A stretch of 64,000 bases of DNA from Nitrosopumilus sp. (GTDB lineage Archaea; Thermoproteota; Nitrososphaeria; Nitrososphaerales; Nitrosopumilaceae), in the NCBI GenBank assembly GCA_965203315.1, contig OZ241857.1:1248001-1312000 (forward strand), in the 5' to 3' direction. The notes beneath the pieces were generated by a model, which made no database searches, was not told the DNA's origin, and saw only the letters and a list, made by a program, of their open reading frames with translations. A program made the translations under genes and the position numbers. Below are positions 1 through 9,429 of the stretch, piece after piece; positions within the stretch are counted from its first letter, which is position 1, and the number at the start of each line of letters is the position of its first letter.

Positions 1-36
1 GTCTTCCTGTGAGTTGATATCAGTTTGTGGTCCATG

Positions 37-324
37 CTAACACTTTAGATTCATACTGGTTACTAGTTCCTGGAACCGTTTGAACTCTTTAAGGAATGCA
101 ATGCCTTGTTCGGATATTACGAACAGTCTGTTTCGTCCCATTCGTATTGGTTTGAGCATGCCAGCGCCTATGAGTTTATCACACTTTTTTAGTGTAGCAT
201 AGTGCGAGAGATTGGCCTGACGAGATATCGTAGATACCAGAACACCATTGCGACCTCCATCAATAGTAGTACTGAGAATGTCTCCCAATATTCCCATCTC
301 TGAACGATACTGTTGTTTAGACAT
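37..324 (-). CDS. Winged helix-turn-helix protein (archaeal HTH_45/DUF4364-like regulator)
   Basis: MSKQQYRSEMGILGDIL...ISRQANLSHY...LIGAG...FVISEQGIAFL wHTH pattern; start placed at ATG 324; paralogous to 27684..27962. Confidence 0.75.
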   Translation of the reverse strand: MSKQQYRSEMGILGDILSTTIDGGRNGVLVSTISRQANLSHYATLKKCDKLIGAGMLKPIRMGRNRLFVISEQGIAFLKEFKRFQELVTSMNLKC

Positions 325-777
325 GGTAAGTATAACGTGATAGGTGTTTATGAGGAATCTTTTGAAACCATAAAGCGGAACGCAAGAGGGAACGCAAGTT
401 TCATCCACTCAAAATGCCAGAAATTCTACAAAATCGCGAAATACTGCGGCATTGTTTAGAGACGCGATCAGAATCGATCATTATGGATCTCTTCGGTTTA
501 CATGGGATGAATGATTACAGAAAAAGTACTACAAGATTCTATATAGTCGTGAACATAATAATTTTCCTAGTGCATAGTATCACAATTTGGCATTATCCGT
601 TCCGCTAGAGGTAAATTTCGTCTCTGATCTCACATATGCAAAAGTAAACAAGAAAACAATTCCGTTTGTGACTATAGAAGAAAATTATGGAAAAAGCCTT
701 GCGAAACGCTATCCCATGTAAATCGAAGAGATTCGATCATCTAATAACTTTTTATTCTTACTCTGAGAGAGGATATT

Positions 778-1239
778 GTGTTTGACAAGTTCAAGAAAGA
801 GGGAGGCGAGTTGGTCGAGGAACAACCCGAGATCGAACCAGAAGCTAGAGGCGATGTAGAGTCGAGTAATAGTGGAACAGAGATAGGAATAGGCGAGTTG
901 ATGGACAAACGAGCCAAGCTCGAAGAGGCGATAGATTATGTCGGTATGATGATAAAGAGTCTCAAAGACAAACGAACTCTCTTAGAGAAGGATATTGAGG
1001 ACGAGTCAGTAGATATCAAGAACCTCAAAGAAAAGTTGGTAAAGGTTGGGCAGTATATAGACGAAGAGAGTCACGGTATCGAAGAGTTGACTAACAAGAG
1101 AAGACAGGTAGAGAATGAGGCGGATGAGGTTGGCTCAATAATCGCATCACTACGAGAGAGACTTACTGGTATCGATCGAGTGATCGATGATGAAGGTAGT
1201 AGAGTTAGGCGAATAAAAGAGAGTAGAGAGAGTTTATAG
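778..1239 (+). CDS. Coiled-coil hypothetical protein
   Basis: 153-aa ORF, E/K-rich heptad pattern, convergent with ESCRT-III gene. Confidence 0.7.
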   Translation: MFDKFKKEGGELVEEQPEIEPEARGDVESSNSGTEIGIGELMDKRAKLEEAIDYVGMMIKSLKDKRTLLEKDIEDESVDIKNLKEKLVKVGQYIDEESHGIEELTNKRRQVENEADEVGSIIASLRERLTGIDRVIDDEGSRVRRIKESRESL

Positions 1240-1884
1240 ATTAAACGATCTCGTCGATGTCGCTTCTTGAGAACTCGTCGGTACTGATGGAAACATCTCA
1301 CTTGCAGAACTCTCTGCAACTGCAGCTGCTTCTTTAAGGATCGCTTCAGACTCTGCATTAGTAGCTCCATCTACACTAAACGCTGCATCACCTGCAAAGC
1401 TCTCTGTCATGAATCCACCCAGTGTGTCTGCAATCTGTGATATCTCTTGTTCAGCGCCTGGCATTATCTTACCTAGTGATGATTTGAGATTCTTCATCAA
1501 GTCCATAGTCGGTATTATAGCAACTACAGTATCACCAAGATCGCTACATGTCGTAAGGCGCAACTCGATCTGTTCTAGTGCTATTCTAGCACCACTCAAT
1601 ACTCGTGTAACCTTTTTGATCTCGGCTAGCTCGTTTGCCAATACCTTACTGGTATGAGTATCGTGTCTCTGAGTAGCCTCAACAATACGATGAAACAGTT
1701 TAGCATCACGCTCTTGAAGGCTTGTAAGCATATGATCAAGTTTTGATATCTGGTGTTGTAATCGCTTGATTGCTTGTTGAACGCGTGGCTTGAGTGGACC
1801 TTTTGGTTTGAGTGTGTCGTTTAGTCTCTCCCCAATTCCTGGCGAGGGTTGTTTTGACCAATTGTCTTGCAGTTTTGCCATCAA
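1234..1884 (-). CDS. cdvB: Snf7/ESCRT-III family protein (CdvB paralog)
   Basis: LKPRVQQAIKRL...ANELAEIKK...ALEQIELRLTT..DLGD..V..P helical hairpin typical of thaumarchaeal CdvB paralogs. Confidence 0.85.
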   Translation of the reverse strand: MMAKLQDNWSKQPSPGIGERLNDTLKPKGPLKPRVQQAIKRLQHQISKLDHMLTSLQERDAKLFHRIVEATQRHDTHTSKVLANELAEIKKVTRVLSGARIALEQIELRLTTCSDLGDTVVAIIPTMDLMKNLKSSLGKIMPGAEQEISQIADTLGGFMTESFAGDAAFSVDGATNAESEAILKEAAAVAESSASEMFPSVPTSSQEATSTRSFNL

Positions 1885-2209
1885 ACTAGCTTTCTAGTAT
1901 TTACTACTTAATCTCATGTGTAAATATTGGTCAGTGGTGTGTCAAAAATCATTAACCTTAATTTTCGATATAGATGCAGTGATAATCGACTGGTCAATTT
2001 GTGCTACAGTTCTGAATAGCCACAAACTGCATCGCTGATCGCGATGTGTACAAATCCCAAGCTAATGATTTACTAGAATTTCATTGAAGAGTCACTAGAC
2101 AATATGCATTCTTGTACTCTATATGACCAAATCCAATAGTGTTCAGATGTGAGACATTAAAAGAGATCGCAAAGTTTTGCTGTCTACGATCTAGGTAAAA
2201 CCACCATGA

Positions 2210-2803
2210 ATGCCATTATGCGATAGAATATTTAGTGAGTCTAATTTTATGACAATCATGAATGAGATGTTTGGTTTTGATCTACCTGATAGATCAGTCA
2301 AACTTGCGGATAGAGATTATGTGAATCTAGTGAACAGAATCCGTGGAAACTTTCTCAGTTATGTCTCTGTACTGGATCATACCCTAAGTTTGATTATAAC
2401 AGAAATTTTTCTACGAGACAAGGACTCTATCGCACTCTGGACAAGTACTGTCTTTGATGAAGATAGAGTAACTTTTGGTGCCAAGATCATTTGGTTATCA
2501 AGAATAATTAGCAACTCTGAACTAGGTACAACTATAACAGATAAAGATCGAGTAAAGCTGCAAAAGAGTCTAGATTTTATAAGAAATGTCAGAAACGATT
2601 TTGCTCACAATCATGCATACAACAAGCAGATAGTTGCGAGTGACATAGAGGATCGAGTTATAAGACTATATGAATTTGAGGGTGGGGTTAAAACGATCAA
2701 ACTGTTCAAGATGCAAGAGATTATGGATATTATCAATGACACATGGGTACTAGAACAGTTGACGATGCTACAAAGAGCAGCAGAGAGAGTGCGGGATCGA
2801 TGA
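2210..2803 (+). CDS. Hypothetical all-alpha protein with HEPN-like RxxxxH motif
   Basis: 197-aa ORF; TFGAKI...IRNVRNDFAH motif resembling HEPN/MtlR-like domains. Confidence 0.55.
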   Translation: MPLCDRIFSESNFMTIMNEMFGFDLPDRSVKLADRDYVNLVNRIRGNFLSYVSVLDHTLSLIITEIFLRDKDSIALWTSTVFDEDRVTFGAKIIWLSRIISNSELGTTITDKDRVKLQKSLDFIRNVRNDFAHNHAYNKQIVASDIEDRVIRLYEFEGGVKTIKLFKMQEIMDIINDTWVLEQLTMLQRAAERVRDR

Positions 2804-3231
2804 TGTCACGGGGAATAATTATAGGTATAGTAATTGTCGTGATTGGCGCATTTGTAATTATACTATCAGAAGATCAACCTAGGACTGATCGTGATACAAT
2901 ATTTCACATAACACTTGCAGATCCAGAGATATACACCAATGGCATATTTGTGTCAGATATTACACTTGATGCAGGCAGATATGCATTCGAGTTTGTTCCA
3001 AGTGGATCTAGTCCGCAACAGATTACAATACACCTAGATGGTTCAGAACAGAGTATTCGTCACGAGTTTGAGTTAAAGGGAACACTACAGAATACTGGCA
3101 TATCAGAGTATTATACGTGGGAGTATCTAGGTGATGATACATTCGTGATCTCTGACTTGCAAGAGATGACTATAACTATTGATCCGCATGGAGACACATC
3201 TGGATCGGTATCTGTCTACATTATGGAATAG
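2800..3231 (+). CDS. Membrane-anchored hypothetical protein
   Basis: N-terminal TM helix (GIIIGIVIVVIGAFVIIL) followed by a beta-rich domain; ATG 2800 overlaps upstream stop. Confidence 0.7.
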   Translation: MMSRGIIIGIVIVVIGAFVIILSEDQPRTDRDTIFHITLADPEIYTNGIFVSDITLDAGRYAFEFVPSGSSPQQITIHLDGSEQSIRHEFELKGTLQNTGISEYYTWEYLGDDTFVISDLQEMTITIDPHGDTSGSVSVYIME

Positions 3232-3323
3232 GGCGTAACCCCCATAACAGCAGAACGTTGAGAGACTTCCTCTCTACTTCAGATCTCACCTGATCACCCT
3301 TTTTTTGTTCTGCGGGGTTACGC
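3232..3323. repeat. ~90-bp element with inverted ends (possible MITE or hairpin)
   Basis: gcgtaacccc...gcagaac at left pairs with gttctgcggggttacgc at right. Confidence 0.4.
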
Positions 3324-3391
3324 TAAGTCAGTCGATAGGATTTATGTCCTTCAACATCATATGATATAGGAGTTTTAACTATTTAACATTT

Positions 3392-3749
3392 GGCGATTGC
3401 TCATTTCGAGCCCCTAACCGAATATGATCAAATTTAGATGTAAGTTTTGATATATTTGATATCTCTTCTTAAGGTGGGAAATGACGTGTATGATGCACGG
3501 GTCTTTGATGGATACCAGCGAGAATCAGTTGATCACCAGAATATCTTTGCTAGGGACGAAGTGCACATCAACGGAATGGAAGGGTTCTGGGGCTTTACAA
3601 AATTAAACATGGTGAAGCATCGTGGGGTGAGCTCAAAGAAATTCTTACTGTATCTCAAAGAGAGGGAGTGGTGATGCAAGAACCGAGAGTGCGATCTGTT
3701 TGATTTATTGATGCAATACACGCTTAGGGGCTCGAAATGAGCAATCGTC
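3392..3749 (+). mobile_element. Internally deleted IS1595-family element
   Basis: 26-bp TIRs ggcgattgctcatttcgagcccctaa / ttaggggctcgaaatgagcaatcgtc (1 mismatch); flanking aacattt direct repeat; remnant ORF 3447..3674 with VDH...HINGMEGFWG..K...HRGVS.K.F.LYLKE motif. Confidence 0.8.
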
Positions 3750-3848
3750 AACATTTTAGTAAAATTTTAGAGAATTTTGTGCGAGAAAAACTTTCAGTCG
3801 CAATCGAGTTAAAAGAATCTGTAATCGATAGTTTCTAGAGATGTGTCT

Positions 3849-5600
3849 CTACGCCTCATCATCTTCAGGTGGGTCTGTCACAGGTGGAGTGAATTTGTAC
3901 GAATCTGCATGAGTGCCTATCAGTCTAGCCTTATCATTTGTGCCATATAGAACAATATCATAGTCGCCAGATGTTAGAGAGATCGTAAATGACTCATTGT
4001 TTTCAGTGATGCTGTGACTGCCACGTGTTACAGTATCGTCAGAGGCAGTCGCAATCCAGTGGATCGTACTTGGTCGAAGTGCTTTGACGGTGTTGTCTCC
4101 AGAGGTAAAGTTCTTTTTCTCAAACGTGTATGAAAATTGTATGCCAGTTGAAGAATTTGTGGCAGATATGTTCAGGTCAAATATCTTTGCTATCTGCCTA
4201 GACTGCTCCTTTTTAATGACACCAAATTGGCACACTACATCATCACTTAACTGTACACTAGTACCTTGAGGAACGTGGACTGTACCGGGCGCATTACGAA
4301 CTGTACCGGGCGCAAAGTTTGTGCTGTCAGCATCTGGTAGCTGTATGATCAAGCCGTTATCTAATTTTTTATAGAATATTGGAGCTGCGCTATAATATAG
4401 TGGAGAACCGCTAGAGCTGGTACTGTATACTCGTTTGTTGTTTATGGTATTATCGGTTTCAAAAAAGAATGCGATCAAACGACTAGTATCACTGTCACCA
4501 AATAGACTGTTTGAGATGGTAGCGCTATAATATCTAGAACCGCCACGTTCTTCGATAAAGGTAGAAGGCAGAGAGATAGAAAAGACGCCAGCATCTTTCT
4601 TTATGATCACAAAGACTCGACCGTCAAACTCTGTTTGACCCGTTGAAAATTTCAAGACGACATCTTGATCGGAGGTCATCGATACCGTATAGGATATCTT
4701 GTGACGTTCTTGACTGCACTTTGGCATTGAGAGATATTGTGTCATAATATCTTTATTTTGTGTAGTAAGGGTCGTGCTGTTTATCATGTTAGAGTAATCT
4801 TGATGAGTGTGTGTAGATCCAAGTTGGCTAGATGTAGAACTTGTGGATGTGGTGCCTGGATTGAGATTTACAACATTTGTAGGCGTGGTTATGGTATCTG
4901 CTGCTCCATAAAAGCCAGTCAGTCGTTTTGTAATGATGACCATATCATCACCATGTTTGCCATAACATACAGTGTTGTTACCTTTGAGAGTGTTGTTGCT
5001 TGTGTGAATTATTGTACTAGTACACGTAGGAATTGGTTGAGCATTTAGTATGTTGTCACGCGGAGAAAAGTAGAATGGTTTTTTGTCTGCCTTGTCATAT
5101 ATGGTGACTCGCAGGTCCCTGCCGATTATCAATGGTTGGTCAGAGGTAGCTTCAGGATCTGGTGAGCAACTTTTGCCTGAAACTTGAAAGTCTAATCCGT
5201 ATGCAAATAGATTTTTCTTTTTGTTAGGTTCTATATTCTTGGGTATGTCAAAGCCTGGAACACGTTTTGCGTTGAGCCATTTAACACGCTCAAAATCTGC
5301 ATAGCAAAGAGTGTTAGGAGGGCTCACAAGCGCAGGGTGCGGTAGTGTCCTAGCGTACGGTATAATATAGAGATCACCCGTAGGTCTTTCTGAGACGTCA
5401 ACTAATCTAGGAACGCGAGTCTGATAGTTCATAGTACCATATCCGTCTAGCCTGAAAGCAACTTGACCATCTATTGTCTCGTTGGTTAATGGCGATATCA
5501 TTAATAGATCACTAGTTGCAAATGCATCATCTATCTCAACTATCAGAAACGGTATAACTGTTATTAAAACTAGAACAGGGATCAGATGACGCTTATTCAA
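3849..5600 (-). CDS. Large secreted/surface hypothetical protein
   Basis: 583-aa ORF, signal peptide (MNKRHLIPVLVLITVIPFL...AFA), Thr/Ser-rich, acidic Pro-rich tail. Confidence 0.75.
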   Translation of the reverse strand: MNKRHLIPVLVLITVIPFLIVEIDDAFATSDLLMISPLTNETIDGQVAFRLDGYGTMNYQTRVPRLVDVSERPTGDLYIIPYARTLPHPALVSPPNTLCYADFERVKWLNAKRVPGFDIPKNIEPNKKKNLFAYGLDFQVSGKSCSPDPEATSDQPLIIGRDLRVTIYDKADKKPFYFSPRDNILNAQPIPTCTSTIIHTSNNTLKGNNTVCYGKHGDDMVIITKRLTGFYGAADTITTPTNVVNLNPGTTSTSSTSSQLGSTHTHQDYSNMINSTTLTTQNKDIMTQYLSMPKCSQERHKISYTVSMTSDQDVVLKFSTGQTEFDGRVFVIIKKDAGVFSISLPSTFIEERGGSRYYSATISNSLFGDSDTSRLIAFFFETDNTINNKRVYSTSSSGSPLYYSAAPIFYKKLDNGLIIQLPDADSTNFAPGTVRNAPGTVHVPQGTSVQLSDDVVCQFGVIKKEQSRQIAKIFDLNISATNSSTGIQFSYTFEKKNFTSGDNTVKALRPSTIHWIATASDDTVTRGSHSITENNESFTISLTSGDYDIVLYGTNDKARLIGTHADSYKFTPPVTDPPEDDEA

Positions 5601-5631
5601 TAATTACTCCCCCCCCCCCCGCTTTTATAAA
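5601..5631 (-). promoter_or_regulatory. TATA box followed by G12 homopolymer upstream of secreted-protein gene
   Basis: Minus strand TTTATAAAAGC-G12-AGTAATTA-TTG(start 5600); C12 at 5609..5620 on plus strand. Confidence 0.6.
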
Positions 5632-5851
5632 GATATCGATCTGCAGTTTGCGAGGTATGGATCAAGAGATTTGAACCAAATGAGAATTTGATGTAATGTT
5701 TATGCTAAATACAGGTTCTATCAACGTGTCTAAGACTCAACGTATCTCAGGATCAAGTCGCCAAACTAATAGCAGAGAAACAAGCGAGACCTTGGCATAT
5801 AATACATCGACTGGGTATGGAATTAATACAGCATGGAATGAATAAACATTA

Positions 5852-6058
5852 ATGCGAGATCGGAGATCAAAGATAAAACTACTAGTTCTGTTGGGGGTAA
5901 TATGGATAATTATAACTCTGCCACTTCCATGGATAATAAACAACCCAGATGTATCTGAATCACAGTTTTATACGATTTTAGGAATAATTGGGATAATGAC
6001 GATTCCGTTTGTAGTACTTGGGATCGTATGGACACTAAAGCCTGAACTTACCACCTAA
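5852..6058 (+). CDS. Small two-TM membrane protein
   Basis: 68-aa ORF with two hydrophobic helices, directly upstream of cysQ. Confidence 0.65.
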   Translation: MRDRRSKIKLLVLLGVIWIIITLPLPWIINNPDVSESQFYTILGIIGIMTIPFVVLGIVWTLKPELTT

Positions 6059-6060
6059 CT

Positions 6061-6873
6061 ATGACCGACATACCTATCTCCAACAAGATTCCAGAGTTGG
6101 ATATCGCACTAGATGCAGTAACTGCAGCTAGTGCTGTAATATTAGAGATATATCAAGAAGAGTTTGAGCATATCAAGAAGAGTGATGGTTCACCACTAAC
6201 TAGAGCTGATATATCTAGTAACAAGATCCTCAAAGAGATCCTTCGCAAATCTGGTCATCATATATTATCAGAGGAAGATGAAGATGATACAGATCGATTA
6301 AATGAAGATACAATCTGGGTGATCGATCCTCTTGATGGAACATCAGACTTTGTAGACAAGACTGACGAGTTTACAACGATGGTGTCGTTAGTACATAAAA
6401 AGACGCCCATAGTTGGCGTAATAGGATGGCCAGTCAAAGGGCAGTTCTATATAGCACAGAGAGGTTGCGGTGTGTTAAAGTTTGATGCCAAGGGTTGGTC
6501 CAACATCAAAGTATCGGATGTGTCTGATCTATCGAGATGTAGAATAGTTGGATCCAGACATCATCTGTCAGATAGGGACAAGTCGTTTATTACAAGTTTG
6601 AATGCTGCACAGTTTACAAGTATTGGTAGTTCACTCAAAGTTGTAAAGATCAGTTCTGGTGAAGCCGATGCATACATCACTACAACTACAAAGATGAAAG
6701 AGTGGGATACGGCTGCATCGCATTGTATAATACATGAAGCAAAAGGCCGGATGACCGATATGTGTGGAAATGAACTAACCTACAACAACTATGACGTATA
6801 TCATAGAAATGGCATCTTGGTAACGAACGATATAATCCACAGAGAGATATTACAAGCGTATCAAAAATTATAG
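6061..6873 (+). CDS. cysQ: 3'(2'),5'-bisphosphate nucleotidase CysQ (inositol monophosphatase family)
   Basis: KSDGSPLTRAD, ILSEE, WVIDPLDGT, SIGSSLK, KEWDTAA motifs. Confidence 0.9.
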   Translation: MTDIPISNKIPELDIALDAVTAASAVILEIYQEEFEHIKKSDGSPLTRADISSNKILKEILRKSGHHILSEEDEDDTDRLNEDTIWVIDPLDGTSDFVDKTDEFTTMVSLVHKKTPIVGVIGWPVKGQFYIAQRGCGVLKFDAKGWSNIKVSDVSDLSRCRIVGSRHHLSDRDKSFITSLNAAQFTSIGSSLKVVKISSGEADAYITTTTKMKEWDTAASHCIIHEAKGRMTDMCGNELTYNNYDVYHRNGILVTNDIIHREILQAYQKL

Positions 6874-7389
6874 GAGATCGTGGTTTTTTAGAAATGCGCG
6901 TATCTTGTCGGCACTCTCCGTGAGGGACTCGTATTCGGTGTCAATTAGTAGATCTGGATTCTCCGGCGGTTCGTATGGATCATCGATTCCTGTAAATCCT
7001 TTTATCTCACCTTTGCGTGCCTTGGCGTACATTCCTTTGACATCACGTTCCTCACACTTTGCCAATGAGCACTTTACATAACACTCTACAAACTGATCTG
7101 ATGCGTTTACAATATCCCGTGCGCTAGATCTGTTCTCAGCGTATGGTGAAACGAGTGATACGGCACTAGGAACGCCATGTTTGAGCAAGAGTTTTGCTAG
7201 ATGAGCAACGCGTCTGTTGTGTTCATCACGCCCTGCCTTTGAAAAGTCCTTTGGTGAGAACCACTCTCTGAGCTCATCACCATCGAGCATCGCAAGGTTT
7301 GGGATGTCTCTTTGTAGATCGCGTACGATTGTGGTCTTGCCAGAGCAGGGAAGGCCTGTCATCCAGAGTACAAATGGTCTCATAATCAA
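6868..7389 (-). CDS. cysC: Adenylyl-sulfate kinase
   Basis: WMTGLPCSGKTT, LDGDELR, RDVKGMYAKARKGEIKGFTGIDDPYEPP. Confidence 0.95.
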   Translation of the reverse strand: MIMRPFVLWMTGLPCSGKTTIVRDLQRDIPNLAMLDGDELREWFSPKDFSKAGRDEHNRRVAHLAKLLLKHGVPSAVSLVSPYAENRSSARDIVNASDQFVECYVKCSLAKCEERDVKGMYAKARKGEIKGFTGIDDPYEPPENPDLLIDTEYESLTESADKIRAFLKNHDLL

Positions 7390-7415
7390 ATACTCGATAT
7401 CTATCCATAAAGAGT

Positions 7416-7970
7416 TTACCTAGTATACTTGGTATACCAAGGACGACTCTCTAGATACTCGATCTCGCGTATAATCAACTCGAGTTTTTTAGATACTGCC
7501 ATGACCGACTTGAACTGTTCGTACATCTCTATCTCTTCTTCCTTTGAGAGAACCATCTCTTCGGCTTGATCAAAGAACTTGTCCTCTTTGGAGAGATGAT
7601 CTTGTAGGTATATCGAGTATGTACGAAGATATCTAGCTACGGGTTCTCGTGCATCTGTACCCTCTCTCCATTGGTTTAGATGTTTTTGTAGACTTGTAGC
7701 AATACGTCTAGAGAACTCGTGTTCGATGAGCAGTACACGGATCTCTTCTTTTAGTGTACCATAGCTTGCAACACATGCAAAGTACGAGTCTTCTTCGCGA
7801 GAGTAGTGGATCGAGTCCAAGAATTCAGATATAACATAGATGATCTTATCAATATCGGATAGAGGTACATCATAGTTGTCATATAGTTTGGTATAGCACT
7901 GTACGATGATATCTTGTAGTCTGTGTATCTGTTTGTGATCATTACGTAGTGTACTAGTTGCACTATCCAA
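7416..7970 (-). CDS. Hemerythrin-domain protein
   Basis: DHKQI, HYSREE, EHEFSR, HLSKED H/HxxxE motifs. Confidence 0.85.
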   Translation of the reverse strand: MDSATSTLRNDHKQIHRLQDIIVQCYTKLYDNYDVPLSDIDKIIYVISEFLDSIHYSREEDSYFACVASYGTLKEEIRVLLIEHEFSRRIATSLQKHLNQWREGTDAREPVARYLRTYSIYLQDHLSKEDKFFDQAEEMVLSKEEEIEMYEQFKSVMAVSKKLELIIREIEYLESRPWYTKYTR

Positions 7971-8052
7971 GTGTATAACCAGATGTAAAACGGTTTAATT
8001 TGTGTTTGTTGGAATTTGTGATTAATTTTTAACCATCATACAGAATTGAAAG

Positions 8053-9429
8053 TTGATGATAGTCTTGCTCCAGATCTTGGACTTGATCCGAGAACAGACG
8101 GGTGAGATAATTCCAATAGATATGTTAGATGTGGGATGGATTATGGACAGGATCATTGCCATACAAGATCTGCTGTTCAATAATATGATTATTCGTGATT
8201 CCCCAATATCATCTCCTGATATTATATTACTTGCAGCAGGAATAGTGATATTTCTAGGAGTTGCCGGTGAAGCGTTCTTTAAGAAGACCGGCATTCCTGA
8301 CGTTGCATTCTTGATGGTGCTTGGGGTTATAATCGGACCCGTCTTTGGTGTAATACAACCAGAGGTTGTGATCCAAGTTGTACCATACTTTGCTGCACTT
8401 GCATTGATCATCATAATGTTTGATGGTGGTCTAAATCTCGATATCAAACATGTGATAAAGACTGCACATTTTTCGTTCACGTTAGCTCTGTTGGGTTTTA
8501 TCGTATCTGTTGTAATAATTGCAACAGCTGCTCACTATGCATTAAATTGGACGTGGTTGGAGAGTATTCTATTAGCTGCAATCGTAGGTGGAAGTAGTTC
8601 AGCTATTGTATTTGGTCTGGTACGAAACATCAAGATATCCCAAGAGGCCAAGTCCATGTTAAGTTTTGAGTCAGCGTTGACCGATATCTTGGCTACAATT
8701 GTAGCGTTTATCATGTTCGAAGCAATCATCGCAGGACAGTTTGATCTACAAACACTACAAGAGACTTTGGGTAGAGCAGTGGTTGTGGGATTGATCTTGG
8801 GATTTGGTGTCGGGATTCCTTGGATGTATGTGTCGACAAAGTTGGGAAATGCGCAACATGCATACATGCTCACACTTGGAATCCTGTTTGTACTCTTCTT
8901 TTTGGCAAACTGGTTTGGAGAGTCAGGAGCACTAACTGCATTGGTGTTTGGTTTGATGATTGGAAACAAGAGTCATCTATCCAAGATACTACGATTCAAG
9001 TTACCAAAGATAGCAAGTGATGATCCAACACATAATCAATTGACATTTTTGGTACGATCGTTCTTCTTTGTGTTTGTCGGACTGTTGGCAAGTTTTGGGC
9101 AGATCGAATATATCGTATTTGGTATTGTGATCACAGTTGTAGTCTATTTTGGAAGAGCGATAGTAGGCAAGATCACACTTACAAAGAGATTCTCAAAACT
9201 AGATCGTGCAGTTACCAATACAATGATCCCTAGAGGACTCGCTGCGGCTGTACTTGCTACATATCCAATAACACTTGGACTGCCAAATGCTGAGGCGTAT
9301 CCACAGATCATATTCTTCATAATATTATCATCGGTGATAATTACAACCATAGGTTTGGGTAGATCAAAGAATATTCCTCCGCCTGAGGCAGTAGAAGGTG
9401 GATTTGTTAAACCGTCAAACAAGACCTAG
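8053..9429 (+). CDS. Cation:proton antiporter (CPA1/NhaP-like)
   Basis: Many TM helices; IIMFDGG, SFESALTD, MIPRGLAAAVLA motifs. Confidence 0.9.
   Translation: MMIVLLQILDLIREQTGEIIPIDMLDVGWIMDRIIAIQDLLFNNMIIRDSPISSPDIILLAAGIVIFLGVAGEAFFKKTGIPDVAFLMVLGVIIGPVFGVIQPEVVIQVVPYFAALALIIIMFDGGLNLDIKHVIKTAHFSFTLALLGFIVSVVIIATAAHYALNWTWLESILLAAIVGGSSSAIVFGLVRNIKISQEAKSMLSFESALTDILATIVAFIMFEAIIAGQFDLQTLQETLGRAVVVGLILGFGVGIPWMYVSTKLGNAQHAYMLTLGILFVLFFLANWFGESGALTALVFGLMIGNKSHLSKILRFKLPKIASDDPTHNQLTFLVRSFFFVFVGLLASFGQIEYIVFGIVITVVVYFGRAIVGKITLTKRFSKLDRAVTNTMIPRGLAAAVLATYPITLGLPNAEAYPQIIFFIILSSVIITTIGLGRSKNIPPPEAVEGGFVKPSNKT

Noticed and set aside
377-400. Direct repeat ggaacgcaag x2 upstream of wHTH gene
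   Set aside because: Only two short copies; insufficient support for an operator
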